From an uncultured Candidatus Saccharibacteria bacterium (GTDB lineage: Bacteria > Patescibacteriota > Minisyncoccia > 2-02-FULL-40-12 > GWA2-44-9): a stretch of 64,000 nucleotides of DNA. Positions 50,848 to 60,440 of this stretch are shown piece by piece; the first letter of the stretch is position 1, and the number at the start of each line of letters is the position of its first letter. The stretch spans positions 26,600 through 90,599 of the forward strand of contig CAYHIK010000002.1 in NCBI GenBank assembly GCA_964356795.1. The letters are read 5' to 3'. The translations under genes and the position numbers were made by a program. The notes beneath the pieces were generated by a model. That model was not told the origin of the DNA, did no database searches, and worked only from the letters and a program-made list of their open reading frames with translations.

Positions 50848-51360
50848 ATGAATCTCAATAAAGTACTTCTCATCGGTCGGCTCACTCAAGATCCCGAAGT
50901 ACGCACCACCCCAAGCGGGCAATCCGTCACCACGGTGAAGCTTGCGACGAATCGCGTATGGAATGATCAGGCCACAAAGCAGAAGCGTGAAGCGACCGAG
51001 TTTCACACGATTATCTGCTGGGGACGACTCGCAGAAATCTGTGGTCAGTACCTCAAGAAGGGTTCGCTCGCAATGTTCGAAGGACGCCTACAGACTCGCT
51101 CATGGGACGACAAAACCAGCGGGCAGAAGCGCTATACCACAGAAATCGTTGCCGAGAACATGCAAATCGGACCTCGCCCCGCAGGAGCCCCCTATCAAGG
51201 CGGTGCGCCCGTGGCAGACATCCGACGCGCGGCACCAAGTCGCCCAGCGCCATCGGCAAATGCTGAGCCCGACATCCCTGTCATTAATGAGGACGAGCTC
51301 ACCATGGCAGGCATCGAAGAAGAGCCAAAGCCAATTAAAGATACTGACTTACCTTTCTAG
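50848..51360 (+). CDS. ssb: Single-stranded DNA-binding protein
   Basis: NKVLLIGRLTQDPE, EGRLQTRSW and a DLPF tail. Confidence 0.97.
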   Translation: MNLNKVLLIGRLTQDPEVRTTPSGQSVTTVKLATNRVWNDQATKQKREATEFHTIICWGRLAEICGQYLKKGSLAMFEGRLQTRSWDDKTSGQKRYTTEIVAENMQIGPRPAGAPYQGGAPVADIRRAAPSRPAPSANAEPDIPVINEDELTMAGIEEEPKPIKDTDLPF

Positions 51361-51429
51361 GCCCTAGGCAACTAGGCGTTAGGCACTAGCTCAGAAAGCT
51401 AACGCCTAAAGCCTAAAATCCTAACGCCT
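51357..51429. repeat. Degenerate heptamer repeats in an inverted arrangement
   Basis: CTAGGCC/CTAGGCA/CTAGGCG/TTAGGCA units followed by CTAACGC/CTAAAGC/CTAAAAT/CTAACGC units. Confidence 0.7.
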
Positions 51430-51437
51430 TCCCTAAC

Positions 51438-51653
51438 ATGAAACGAACAATTCTTCACGGAGACAATCTTGCAAAAGTCGACTACAAAGACGTCGCACTT
51501 CTTCGCAAGTTTGTGACCTCCGAATTCAAGATTAAGAATGCAAAGCGCACTCGCTTGTCCGACAAGGACCAGCGCCGCGTTGCAAACGCAATCAAGATTG
51601 CACGCTTTATGGCACTCATGCCGTACACGCGCAATCAGACAGTAAAGTCCTAA
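51438..51653 (+). CDS. rpsR: 30S ribosomal protein S18 (Cys-less)
   Basis: DYKD...LRKF, QRRVANAIKIARFMALMPY. Confidence 0.95.
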   Translation: MKRTILHGDNLAKVDYKDVALLRKFVTSEFKIKNAKRTRLSDKDQRRVANAIKIARFMALMPYTRNQTVKS

Positions 51654-51952
51654 TGAGTCATGAGCGGGTCTGCGCCTCTGGCTTGACCCCTTCCTGTGTC
51701 ACTCACGACGTCCCGCCTTTGGCGGGACTGTTCGTTCCTACCTCCCCAGCCCTCCTCATGCACGGCCTCTGGCCTCTCGCTCAAGATAATCGCTCGGACC
51801 TCGTCGGGGTTGCGGATTCTATTTTTCTCGAATCTGACGACAAGCATCAGCGGTATGCGCGTAATGTTCAGTTGCTGTACCAAAGCCGAGCGAACAGCGA
51901 TGGCGACGTTACGCACCCTGAACGAGCGCGCATACTGCTGATGTTGCATTAA
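51653..51952 (+). CDS. Hypothetical protein
   Basis: Start coupled to the rpsR stop (TAATG); terminator at 51955-51980. Confidence 0.5.
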   Translation: MSHERVCASGLTPSCVTHDVPPLAGLFVPTSPALLMHGLWPLAQDNRSDLVGVADSIFLESDDKHQRYARNVQLLYQSRANSDGDVTHPERARILLMLH

Positions 51953-51993
51953 AGAAAAACGCTCCCATACGGGGGCGTTTGCGTTGCGATGCA

Positions 51994-52200
51994 TCAGAAG
52001 TCGCTTCCACCTTCATTCGTGGTGTGGGAGCCCATTTTGAGCTTTGCACCGCATCCAGGGCAGGTGAACGGGAGGCGGTCGATGCTCTGTGGGGAAATCA
52101 GACGCAAACAGACGCTGCAGTAGTAGAATCCGTAATGCCCCTGATCACACGTTCGAGACTCGATCGTACCACTCGTTTCAGGAGTAATTTCGTATGGCAT
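51994..52200 (-). CDS. Small zinc-ribbon protein
   Basis: GAGGAGG RBS; YCSVC...CPGCG motif. Confidence 0.7.
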   Translation of the reverse strand: MPYEITPETSGTIESRTCDQGHYGFYYCSVCLRLISPQSIDRLPFTCPGCGAKLKMGSHTTNEGGSDF

Positions 52201-52328
52201 ACGCCCTCCTCAAAGAACAGCCCCACGAGCGTATCAGTGCCATCAGATAACAACAAGACCCCCACATGGGAGGTCTTTACATCAGAATGGAATCGCGGAT
52301 GGGAATGAATGGTAAAAAAGAGCGAAGA

Positions 52329-52435
52329 ACCGGGAATGAGCTGTACTCCCTAACGTCAGAGCTCGAAGCTGGGCCGCTTCTTAATCAGCCTCTCGATAGA
52401 CGCTTGCGCCCATCGGCCTCATGGCTCAACCCGGC
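52329..52435 (-). ncRNA. Candidate structured small RNA (family not recognised)
   Basis: Promoter TTGACG-N16-TATTAT just upstream; 5' and 3' ends pair; internal hairpins; T run downstream; no ORF in the track. Confidence 0.55.
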
Positions 52436-52487
52436 ATGAGTATAATAGCACATCAAATTTATACGTCAAGTATATCTGCGCACAAAG

Positions 52488-52593
52488 AGAATCGATGTGC
52501 CTTGTAAGGGGCTTTCGGAGCGCGACGGCGCGAGAACGAGACGGCTCGGCAGTAAGCCGAGAACGTCGTACCCGAACAAGGCATGTCGAGTCT
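52488..52593 (-). repeat. Structured ~110-nt intergenic element, copy 2
   Basis: Reverse-complement match to 44478-44589, with changed but still pairing stems. Confidence 0.88.
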
Positions 52594-52621
52594 ATTTGGG
52601 AGTAGCCCTAGTTACCGCTTC

Positions 52622-53689
52622 CTAGCGCTTGAAGACCTTGGGACCCATTTCGCCCTTCAACGGCTCCGCATCTACCACCGCTGATGCAGTATAAATCTTG
52701 ACGCTGATTTCTTTCTCAATCTTGGGATTCTCCTTGAGGAAGTTGCGGGCGCCCTCCATACCCTGCCCCAACTTCTCGCCATTGTAGGAGTACCAGCTTC
52801 CCTGCTTTTCGACGACACCAAACTGAATGCCAGCGTTGATGATATCGGCATGGCCAGAGATTCCTTCGTTGTAGAGAATATCAAACTCGCAGGTGCGGAA
52901 TGGCGCGGCAACCTTGTTCTTTACGATCTTCACCTTCACGCGATTGCCCACGATTTTCTCGCCTGACTGAATCTGTGCCGCACGGCGAATCTCGACGCGA
53001 ACCGATGAATAAAACTTAAGTGCCAATCCACCCGTGGTCGTCTCGGGATTCCCGAACATGACGCCAATCTTCTGGCGGATTTGGTTAATGAAAAGGACGG
53101 TTGTATTTGTCTTCGACACCACACCTGTGAGCTTGCGCAACGCATGCGACATGAGTCGTGCCTGAAGTCCGACGTGCTGCTGGTCCATTTCGCCTTCAAT
53201 TTCTGCCCGTGGCGTAAGCGCAGCAACGGAGTCGATGACCACCAGCGAGATGCCGCCAGACTTCACGAGTGTCTCCACAATCTCGAGCGCCTGTTCGCCG
53301 TTATCTGGCTGTGAGATGAGAAGATCCTGAACCTTCACGCCAATCTTTTTTGCGTATTCGGGATCGAGCGCGTGTTCAGCATCCACGTATGCAGCGATAC
53401 CGCCAATCTTTTGCACCTCTGATACAAGATGGAGCGCGAGGGTCGTTTTACCAGATGATTCAGGTCCATACACCTCCACGACGCGTCCGCGAGGCATACC
53501 GCCAACACCAAGTGCGATATCAAGCGAGATAGAGCCAGTTGGAATCACATCAACATCTACCTTCCTGGCGTCGCCGAGTTTCATGATACTTCCTTCGCCG
53601 TATTTCTCCTGAATCTCGCGCACCGCAAGTGATACGTGCTTGTTCTCCGATACATCCGCTGATACTTTTTTGTCGTCTTTCTTTGCCAT
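52622..53689 (-). CDS. recA: Recombinase RecA
   Basis: [23 protein letters not shown] and [14 protein letters not shown] motifs. Confidence 0.98.
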   Translation of the reverse strand: MAKKDDKKVSADVSENKHVSLAVREIQEKYGEGSIMKLGDARKVDVDVIPTGSISLDIALGVGGMPRGRVVEVYGPESSGKTTLALHLVSEVQKIGGIAAYVDAEHALDPEYAKKIGVKVQDLLISQPDNGEQALEIVETLVKSGGISLVVIDSVAALTPRAEIEGEMDQQHVGLQARLMSHALRKLTGVVSKTNTTVLFINQIRQKIGVMFGNPETTTGGLALKFYSSVRVEIRRAAQIQSGEKIVGNRVKVKIVKNKVAAPFRTCEFDILYNEGISGHADIINAGIQFGVVEKQGSWYSYNGEKLGQGMEGARNFLKENPKIEKEISVKIYTASAVVDAEPLKGEMGPKVFKR

Positions 53690-53765
53690 GGTGTATGGAT
53701 AAATTAGTTATGCCAGCATACCAATCATGGCGCACGATGCAAGTGTATCCACAATTACCATATGA

Positions 53766-53796
53766 AAAAGCGGTGGGTAGACGTCTACCCACCGCT
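53766..53796 (-). terminator. Terminator closing the five-gene island
   Basis: AGCGGTGGGTAG-ACGT-CTACCCACCGCT perfect inverted repeat with a T run on the minus strand. Confidence 0.8.
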
Positions 53797-53801
53797 GCGC
53801 C

Positions 53802-54623
53802 TCACTTGAGATTTCTGAATTCGGACTTGATCTGCGCCGAGAACTCCAGCAACCTCGGGTTCAGGTGCAGGTCCGGTTGCCACGCCAATCCCTCGACAAT
53901 CAAGTCATACTCACGCACGACCGTCGCGCCTGGAATGCGTTTACCCTCTCCGTCTTTCTCCAGGCCGAGCAACCAGATAGTGTCGGCGATGGTACAAGCC
54001 GCCGTCACATCGTGAGTGACGACAATGATGGTACTGAGCTCGTCGGCCGACGCTACCTCAGTGATGAGCTTCGTGACGTTCTCCAGCATGATGACATCCA
54101 GCCCGGAGAACGGCTCATCCATCAGGAGGAAGTGCTCACTGCACAATAGTTGCTGCGCAATCGCCAACCGCTGACGCTGACCCCCCGACAACTGACTCGG
54201 GTAGAGATCGCGACGTTCGGTGAGACCGAACCGCTCGAGCATCTCATCCGCTTTCATGCGGATGTCCTTGCCTTTCAGGCCCCGCTGTCGTGTCGCGAAG
54301 TACAGGTTGCCTCGCACCGTCAGGAACTTCAGGAGCGGGTAGTGCTGGGCCACAACACCCACGAGTCCGTCCGGCGACCGGTCGCCATGCTCGTTGATAG
54401 TCACCGTACCTTCAGTTGGACGTCGCAGACCCGCGAGGATCTTGAAGAGCTGCGTCTTCCCGATACCCGAAGGCCCAAGGAGCGCAACGACCTGGCCCTG
54501 GGTGAATCCAGGACGGACGATGTTATCAATCCGAAGGTTGATATTGCGCAAGATACGCGAACCACCCAGAACGAGGCCAACGCCCTCGGCTTTCAGAAGT
54601 GTCTCTTGTCGAGTGTAGTTCAT
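53802..54623 (-). CDS. ABC transporter ATP-binding protein (NitT/TauT type)
   Basis: GPSGIGKT, YPSQLSGGQRQR, LLMDEPFSGLD and VTHD motifs. Confidence 0.93.
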   Translation of the reverse strand: MNYTRQETLLKAEGVGLVLGGSRILRNINLRIDNIVRPGFTQGQVVALLGPSGIGKTQLFKILAGLRRPTEGTVTINEHGDRSPDGLVGVVAQHYPLLKFLTVRGNLYFATRQRGLKGKDIRMKADEMLERFGLTERRDLYPSQLSGGQRQRLAIAQQLLCSEHFLLMDEPFSGLDVIMLENVTKLITEVASADELSTIIVVTHDVTAACTIADTIWLLGLEKDGEGKRIPGATVVREYDLIVEGLAWQPDLHLNPRLLEFSAQIKSEFRNLK

Positions 54624-54627
54624 GGCC

Positions 54628-55419
54628 TCACCCCTTCACCGTGGCAAGCGCCGCATATGGACACGCGCGGTTCTTGAGCCAGCCAATGACGGCATCCATG
54701 CCCAGCCCGAGCAGAAGGATGCACAGCTGTACGGCGAACACCGCATCCAGGTTGAAGTGCTTGTTCTGGTTGAGCAGCAGCGCACCGACGCCGCCCTCAC
54801 CCCTGCTGAGTCCCTCGACCATGGTCAGCATATTCCAGCCGATGGCGAAGTTCTGCCGAAGCGCCTCGATAGCGTCATCAAGCGTACCGCGTACGACGAC
54901 GTTCCAGACGAGCTGGGTGCGCGACATGCGAAGCGTACGTGCGTAGTCCAGGTCGTCGGTCGGAATGGATACCACAATGGCGGCCATCGAAGTCGTGTAG
55001 AACACGGTCATCCCAAACACCAAGAGCGCTACCTTGAACTGGTGCCCGCCCTTGAGGTATAGCGTGAATAGGAACGTGAGCCCCACAAGTCCAAGAAAGC
55101 GGCCCTTGGAGATGAGCGTAACGATTGGCCTGAACATCGGAATCACCGAAAGATATGCCATCGCCAGCGACAACAACACAGTCAACGCAATTGCGTGTAG
55201 GTTGAGTATGAAGCTCGTGACGAGCTCGCGACCCAGGCCCTCTTCCATCCACATCCGACCCAGTGCAGAAAGCACCTCGGGTGGCGTGGGGATGACATCC
55301 GATGGCATACACCACCACAACATCATGGCCAGAAAGGCCTGACTTGCGGCAGTGAGCGCCATCACCGATGGCGAGACAACACCGAACGGCAACATTAATT
55401 GCCGCAGCGCCTTGCCCAT
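54628..55419 (-). CDS. ABC transporter permease (NitT/TauT type)
   Basis: IPTPPEV, EAA-like DYARTLRMS, W..L..VE......GVG; AAGGAGG RBS. Confidence 0.88.
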   Translation of the reverse strand: MGKALRQLMLPFGVVSPSVMALTAASQAFLAMMLWWCMPSDVIPTPPEVLSALGRMWMEEGLGRELVTSFILNLHAIALTVLLSLAMAYLSVIPMFRPIVTLISKGRFLGLVGLTFLFTLYLKGGHQFKVALLVFGMTVFYTTSMAAIVVSIPTDDLDYARTLRMSRTQLVWNVVVRGTLDDAIEALRQNFAIGWNMLTMVEGLSRGEGGVGALLLNQNKHFNLDAVFAVQLCILLLGLGMDAVIGWLKNRACPYAALATVKG

Positions 55420-55549
55420 ACGTCCTCCTTCGATAATTATTAAACAGCTACCGCTTGCTCTCCGCTGAGCATCCCACACCTGTGAGCCGCTCAGAGAAAA
55501 GGCCCACCCCCCAACAGGAGGTGGGCCAAACTATCGTCGATGTCAGAAC

Positions 55550-57364
55550 CTAGATGGTGCCCAGCACGATCTCGACGCGGCGGTTGCGGGCGCGTCCTGC
55601 GTCCGTCCCGTTGGACGCGATCGGGTTGGTCTGCCCGTGAGCATAGACCTCGATGCGTCCGGACGGGAAGAGGGTGGAGCTCTTCGCCTCCAGCCACTCC
55701 TTGACCGCGAAGGCCCGGGCTTCGGACAAGGTCTGGTTCGCATCGGCGTTCCCGACGTTGTCGGTGTGGCCGTGCACGATGACCTTGTAGTTGCCCTGGG
55801 TGATCTGCTGGTACAGCTCGTCGAGCGCCGATTGCGCCGCCGGGGTGAAGGACGCCTTGCCCGTCTCGAAGGTAATCGAGTAGGAGGCGCGCTTGCCTAC
55901 GACGTCACGAATCTGCGCGTTCGCGAACTGGTTTTCAGTGCGAAGCGTCACGGGACCCGCGAGACGAGAGACCTCGGCCACGTAGCTCGTGTCGATGGCC
56001 TCTTCGGCAGGCGGATACGTGGGCACATCGCCCGGGTAGTACTTCTTCACGTAGTTACCGAACAGCGTGTAGGTGGCGGCTGCCTTGTTGCCCTGGTAGG
56101 GCGGAAGACCGAACAACTCCAGCATGTCCGGCAGGTTGTTGACGTACGAACCGCCCAGCTCCACGGGGATGCCAAGCTTGTCGCTCTCGGTCACGCCCTT
56201 GTAGTAGCGCTCCCAGTACGCGGCATCCGAACCGTTCTCAGCGAAGACGACCTCGGCGACACGCGCGGCCTGTGAGAGCGCCTGCGGATACGCCTTGATC
56301 TGATCGCCGGCCTCGGCGATTGCACGGAACATATTGACGAAGGTTGCCCGGTTATCCTGGGCAAACTTGTCAATGACGATGATGGCGTTGGGCATCTGCG
56401 ACGCGTTCTCACGCGTCGACAGAATGTTGACCAGACCGCCACGCTGCTGCGCGACGTTCACGTCGCCGGGGGTCCAGGTGACCACGCCGTTGACGCACAC
56501 GTTCTTCGTTTCACCCGTGGGCTCATTCTTCAGACCCTTGACGACCTTTCGGTCTTCGCAGGCGCCGCCGATGTAGGACTGCGCGGCTTCGATGTATCCC
56601 GGGGTACTAACCCAGTTGATGGCGTCGGCGTTCCAGGTTGTCATGTCAGGGTTGATGGGGATGTCGTTCAGGGCAGCCCAGTAGACCGCGATGTTCCAGT
56701 CCCCGTCCTTGATGACGCCCGCTACGAGTGCGCCACGCGCCCTCTGCGGATCCTTCTTCCAGGCAGGTGGACCCATGAACTTGTCCTCTCCGCGCGAGTA
56801 GCCCGCTGAGCCGATCCACTTGGCCTGGTACTCGGGGCCCAACTTCTTGAGCTTGGGATTCACGCCCGCGAGGAACGAGGCGGCGCCATCACCCATGATG
56901 GCAACGCAGGGCGCGCCACCGGGGTTCGGGTCACCATCCTTGTAGCCCTTCGCAAACGCAAGGAGAGCGGCCTGCATCTTGTCGGGCCAATCCTGACGCT
57001 CGAACCGCAGATTGACGCCGTACTTGGCGTTCAACGATCCCTGCGTCGGAGTGGCGCCACCGTTGGCCAACAGCCAGCCGAGCTGACTGTTCCAGGCCCA
57101 GTGCAGACAGGTGAACTGCGGCCCCGACACCGAGGCCGAGCCCGCGGAGGGCAGCGACAGCGGAGCGGACGGGGTAGCCGTCGTGTTTGTCGTGGTGACG
57201 TCAGGCAGCGAGCCCTTTTCGGGAACCGCCGAACCGGACGCCTTCTTGGACGGCACGAGCTTGTCCAACAAGCCCGAGTCGTACGCCTTGTAGATGCCGA
57301 ACGAGACGAGGCTCACCACGCCAAACGTGATGATAGCCTTGCCCAGAGGCTTGATCTGCGCCAT
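55550..57364 (-). CDS. Membrane-anchored solute-binding-like protein fused to a C-terminal OmpA peptidoglycan-binding domain
   Basis: N-terminal TM; SRGED, VTWTP binding-protein-like core; ITFETGKA...HGHTDNVG...NQTLSEARA...GRARNRRVEI. Confidence 0.85.
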   Translation of the reverse strand: MAQIKPLGKAIITFGVVSLVSFGIYKAYDSGLLDKLVPSKKASGSAVPEKGSLPDVTTTNTTATPSAPLSLPSAGSASVSGPQFTCLHWAWNSQLGWLLANGGATPTQGSLNAKYGVNLRFERQDWPDKMQAALLAFAKGYKDGDPNPGGAPCVAIMGDGAASFLAGVNPKLKKLGPEYQAKWIGSAGYSRGEDKFMGPPAWKKDPQRARGALVAGVIKDGDWNIAVYWAALNDIPINPDMTTWNADAINWVSTPGYIEAAQSYIGGACEDRKVVKGLKNEPTGETKNVCVNGVVTWTPGDVNVAQQRGGLVNILSTRENASQMPNAIIVIDKFAQDNRATFVNMFRAIAEAGDQIKAYPQALSQAARVAEVVFAENGSDAAYWERYYKGVTESDKLGIPVELGGSYVNNLPDMLELFGLPPYQGNKAAATYTLFGNYVKKYYPGDVPTYPPAEEAIDTSYVAEVSRLAGPVTLRTENQFANAQIRDVVGKRASYSITFETGKASFTPAAQSALDELYQQITQGNYKVIVHGHTDNVGNADANQTLSEARAFAVKEWLEAKSSTLFPSGRIEVYAHGQTNPIASNGTDAGRARNRRVEIVLGTI

Positions 57365-57474
57365 GACTTTCTATCTCCTTCTGAACGATACGAGTCAATT
57401 CCGATGCGGCAGAACGCCGCGTAAAAAGATACAGTTTCAGCCGGACGGGATTGCCCGGCTGAAACCGCGCCTCA

Positions 57475-58524
57475 CTATTGCGTCTGCCGCAACGGACGGG
57501 TCGGCACTCGGGCCGGCTCGTCATCGGGAAATGCCAACGACAACGAAAGCGGCTGTTCGGGGTCGGCCGCCGTGGATAGCAAGTGCTGCTTCTCGCCCTC
57601 CGGGAGGAGGAGAGAATCAGCACGCTTCTCCCAGGCTTCCAACTTCGCCAGCGCCTCGTCTTCGAACATGCCGTTCTCAAGGTCGAGCTGTGAAGTGAAC
57701 TCGTCGCTGATGCGGAGGAAATCTTCGACCTCCCCCATCTTCTCGCTGAAGTCCTGCTTGATGTACTCCGCGGCCTGCTCCTTGAGCTCCCAGGCGTCGC
57801 CGCCCTTGCCGATGATGGCGCGGGAGTTCTTGAGCACGACCTCGGTCGTCTTGGCGGCCTTGAACTGGACTTCCAGCTCTTGGACCTCGTCGACCGTGTC
57901 GTCGATGACGACGGAGGCAACGTCCCGCATCTTACTGAGCGTGCGGTAGAGGATCTCCAACTTGGCGAGCATATGCTCGTAGCTTATGGTGCTCTTCCCA
58001 CGCCGCCCGGCCATGCGACCGAGCTTCGCGAGCGCGAGCTTGTCGTTCTGCTTGCGCGCCTGCGCCGCCAACTTCATCGCCCGGTCGAACTCGACCTTCT
58101 TGGTGTGAATCAACTCGGTCAGATATGAGATCTGACCCTTGAGCTTTCCCAGCTGAGCATCGACGCTCTCCAACTCCTTTCGTTTCTCCGAGATGAAGTT
58201 CTTGAGGATGCCGATGGGGTCGATGGTAATCAACATGCCGGTGAAGGAACGCATGCCTGCCTTGAACCAAGCGGACATGATGAACCTGAACCGCTTGTTG
58301 GCGATGACCGACCAGAATGCGTACAGGCCGACAGCCAGCACACTACAGCCGATGGCCGCACCCAGAGCCGAGAACAGCCCCGAGAGCAGCGTCAATAGGA
58401 ATGGCAGAGCCGCATAGGCCCCGACCGCACCCAAAACGGTGGCGATTGAGAGGAAGACCATGCCGGTCGTCCCCTCGGTTCGCTCCCAGAAGGATTTTGC
58501 CTTAACGACGTCGATCTCGTTCAC
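57475..58524 (-). CDS. Two-TM protein with a long coiled coil (PspA/IM30-like, inferred)
   Basis: AAAGGAG RBS and GTG start; two TMs, then IDPIGILKNFI and a long heptad region with an acidic tail. Confidence 0.7.
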   Translation of the reverse strand: MNEIDVVKAKSFWERTEGTTGMVFLSIATVLGAVGAYAALPFLLTLLSGLFSALGAAIGCSVLAVGLYAFWSVIANKRFRFIMSAWFKAGMRSFTGMLITIDPIGILKNFISEKRKELESVDAQLGKLKGQISYLTELIHTKKVEFDRAMKLAAQARKQNDKLALAKLGRMAGRRGKSTISYEHMLAKLEILYRTLSKMRDVASVVIDDTVDEVQELEVQFKAAKTTEVVLKNSRAIIGKGGDAWELKEQAAEYIKQDFSEKMGEVEDFLRISDEFTSQLDLENGMFEDEALAKLEAWEKRADSLLLPEGEKQHLLSTAADPEQPLSLSLAFPDDEPARVPTRPLRQTQ

Positions 58525-58552
58525 AGATTCTCCTTTCGATTCGGTGGGGGCA

Positions 58553-59188
58553 TCAGCCCTTGAGGTAGGTCTTAACCTTCTCGAGCTCCGCGGCAAGCTG
58601 CCCGCTCAGCGCCTGATGGGCGCCAGCGAACTTCTCGCGCTTCGCAGTGTACCTGGCCTTGTTCGATGCCAGCTCGGAGCGCATTGCTTCGCAGCTCTTC
58701 TGCAATTCAGCGATCTGCGCTTCGACGGCAGCCAAGTTCGCCTCTGCACCGCCAATCCTCTTCTTCTCTTCGGCGGCCACCTCGTCGCTGAACTGAGTGG
58801 CATATGCCTCGAGAATCTTGATACGATCTTGGACAGCGGCGACCACGGCGCTCTTATTCAGATCGCCATGCGCACGAGACGCCGACTTGAGCGCCGCATT
58901 GTAGAGACGCGCTTCGTCGGGGATGTCTTCCTTGAGGGCGTCCAGCTGCCCCATGAACTCAACGTAGCCAGGCAGAGTGGATTTCTCCACAAGACCATTG
59001 AGGATACGGACGTATTCCTCGTCGACGGCTCCAGTCGTAGGCGCGTAGCGCTTGACCGGTGCCTTCGCCGAAGACGCCTCGCTTGGGTTGCCCCGTGAAT
59101 CGTCAGCAGTCGCCTCACCCTCAACGGGCGGGGCTTCTGGTTTGTCGAGCTCCACAAAGGCGCCCAAAAGGCTTCTAAGTACCGTCAT
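58553..59188 (-). CDS. Coiled-coil hypothetical protein, first gene of the island
   Basis: GGGAGG RBS; LRSLLGAFVE N-terminus, Pro/Ala linker, helical C-terminal region. Confidence 0.75.
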   Translation of the reverse strand: MTVLRSLLGAFVELDKPEAPPVEGEATADDSRGNPSEASSAKAPVKRYAPTTGAVDEEYVRILNGLVEKSTLPGYVEFMGQLDALKEDIPDEARLYNAALKSASRAHGDLNKSAVVAAVQDRIKILEAYATQFSDEVAAEEKKRIGGAEANLAAVEAQIAELQKSCEAMRSELASNKARYTAKREKFAGAHQALSGQLAAELEKVKTYLKG

Positions 59189-59335
59189 TTCGACCTCCCT
59201 GATAGGTTTTTGATTCTGACGTAGACTGTCAAAGAACCCCACTTTCAGCCCTATCTATACTACATATTGAGTTAAGAGTCAAGGCACTCTGGGACATAGT
59301 TGGGAACGTGTCAAATTCCCCCTCCACGCCAAAAG

Positions 59336-60430
59336 CTAGGCGCTTTCGCGCTCTTGGAATCCAAACGAGTAGATTGCTGATGTTACGAGTAGAATGCTCC
59401 AGACGGTCATCCCAAAAAGATCACCCCAGATAGAGGCAAAGCTCGCGTCTTTTGTCATAACCTCGCGAAGTGCGTCTCCAAAAAATGAGAGCGGTAAGAG
59501 CTTTGCAATTGATTGAATCCAGTCTGGCATTCCGGTGATGGGGAAAAACGTACCACCGAGAAACAACATCGGGAATACGATAAGATTTGCCATGGCGGGC
59601 ACTGACTCAACGGTAGATGCGATACCAGAAATGGTAAAGCCTAGCCCAAGGAACATGAGCGCGCCCAGGAGCACGCTAAGCAACACGAGCCAGTACGAAC
59701 CAACCACATGCGCATCGAGCATCAGTATGCCCACAATAATAAAGATAACCGTCTGCACAACCGACATGACCAAGCGCACAATCGCATTTGCAGTTACGAA
59801 TTCAACGGGACGCATCGGCGTTGCCGCGAGTCGCTTGAGCACGCCCTTCTCTTTATATTGCACAAATAAGAACGCGACCGAGAACACGGACATCTGCATG
59901 ACTGCCATCGAAATGAGCCCCGGAAGAAGATAGTCGATATACGACACATCGCGCGCATCAATCGCTTCTTTCTTGATTGAGAAGAATGGTTGAACACGAG
60001 CCATCGCAAGACTCGTCTTATCGAGATACTGATTTAATATTGAGAGTAGCGCCTGTGATTGTGCGGGCTGTGATTCATTCACATACACCGTAAGCACCTG
60101 CGGGCGCTGAGCGGCGGAATCAATGAAATCACTCGGCACCACAAGCACGAGAACGCGATCACCCTCTTCCAACGCACCTCGCTCATCGGAAAGACTCCCC
60201 TCATGAATATCAAGCACCGTTATATTCTTCAGTGATGCAATAAACTGTTGGGTTTGCGGTTGTGGCGAGGAAGCTACAAGCCCTACGCTGTACGTCTGTG
60301 GCTTATCAAATCCGATAAGACCAAAGATAACCATAATCACCAGCGGCATAAACAAACTGAAGAAGAGCGCCTGCTTACTACGCACAAAGATGCGAGCCGA
60401 TGATTTGAGAAGTGCTAAAAAGCTTTTCAT
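59336..60430 (-). CDS. ABC-2 type exporter permease
   Basis: YIDYLLPGL, KEKGVLKRL.ATP and FLGGTFFP...MPDWIQ motifs. Confidence 0.92.
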   Translation of the reverse strand: MKSFLALLKSSARIFVRSKQALFFSLFMPLVIMVIFGLIGFDKPQTYSVGLVASSPQPQTQQFIASLKNITVLDIHEGSLSDERGALEEGDRVLVLVVPSDFIDSAAQRPQVLTVYVNESQPAQSQALLSILNQYLDKTSLAMARVQPFFSIKKEAIDARDVSYIDYLLPGLISMAVMQMSVFSVAFLFVQYKEKGVLKRLAATPMRPVEFVTANAIVRLVMSVVQTVIFIIVGILMLDAHVVGSYWLVLLSVLLGALMFLGLGFTISGIASTVESVPAMANLIVFPMLFLGGTFFPITGMPDWIQSIAKLLPLSFFGDALREVMTKDASFASIWGDLFGMTVWSILLVTSAIYSFGFQERESA

Positions 60431-60440
60431 AGCGTATACA

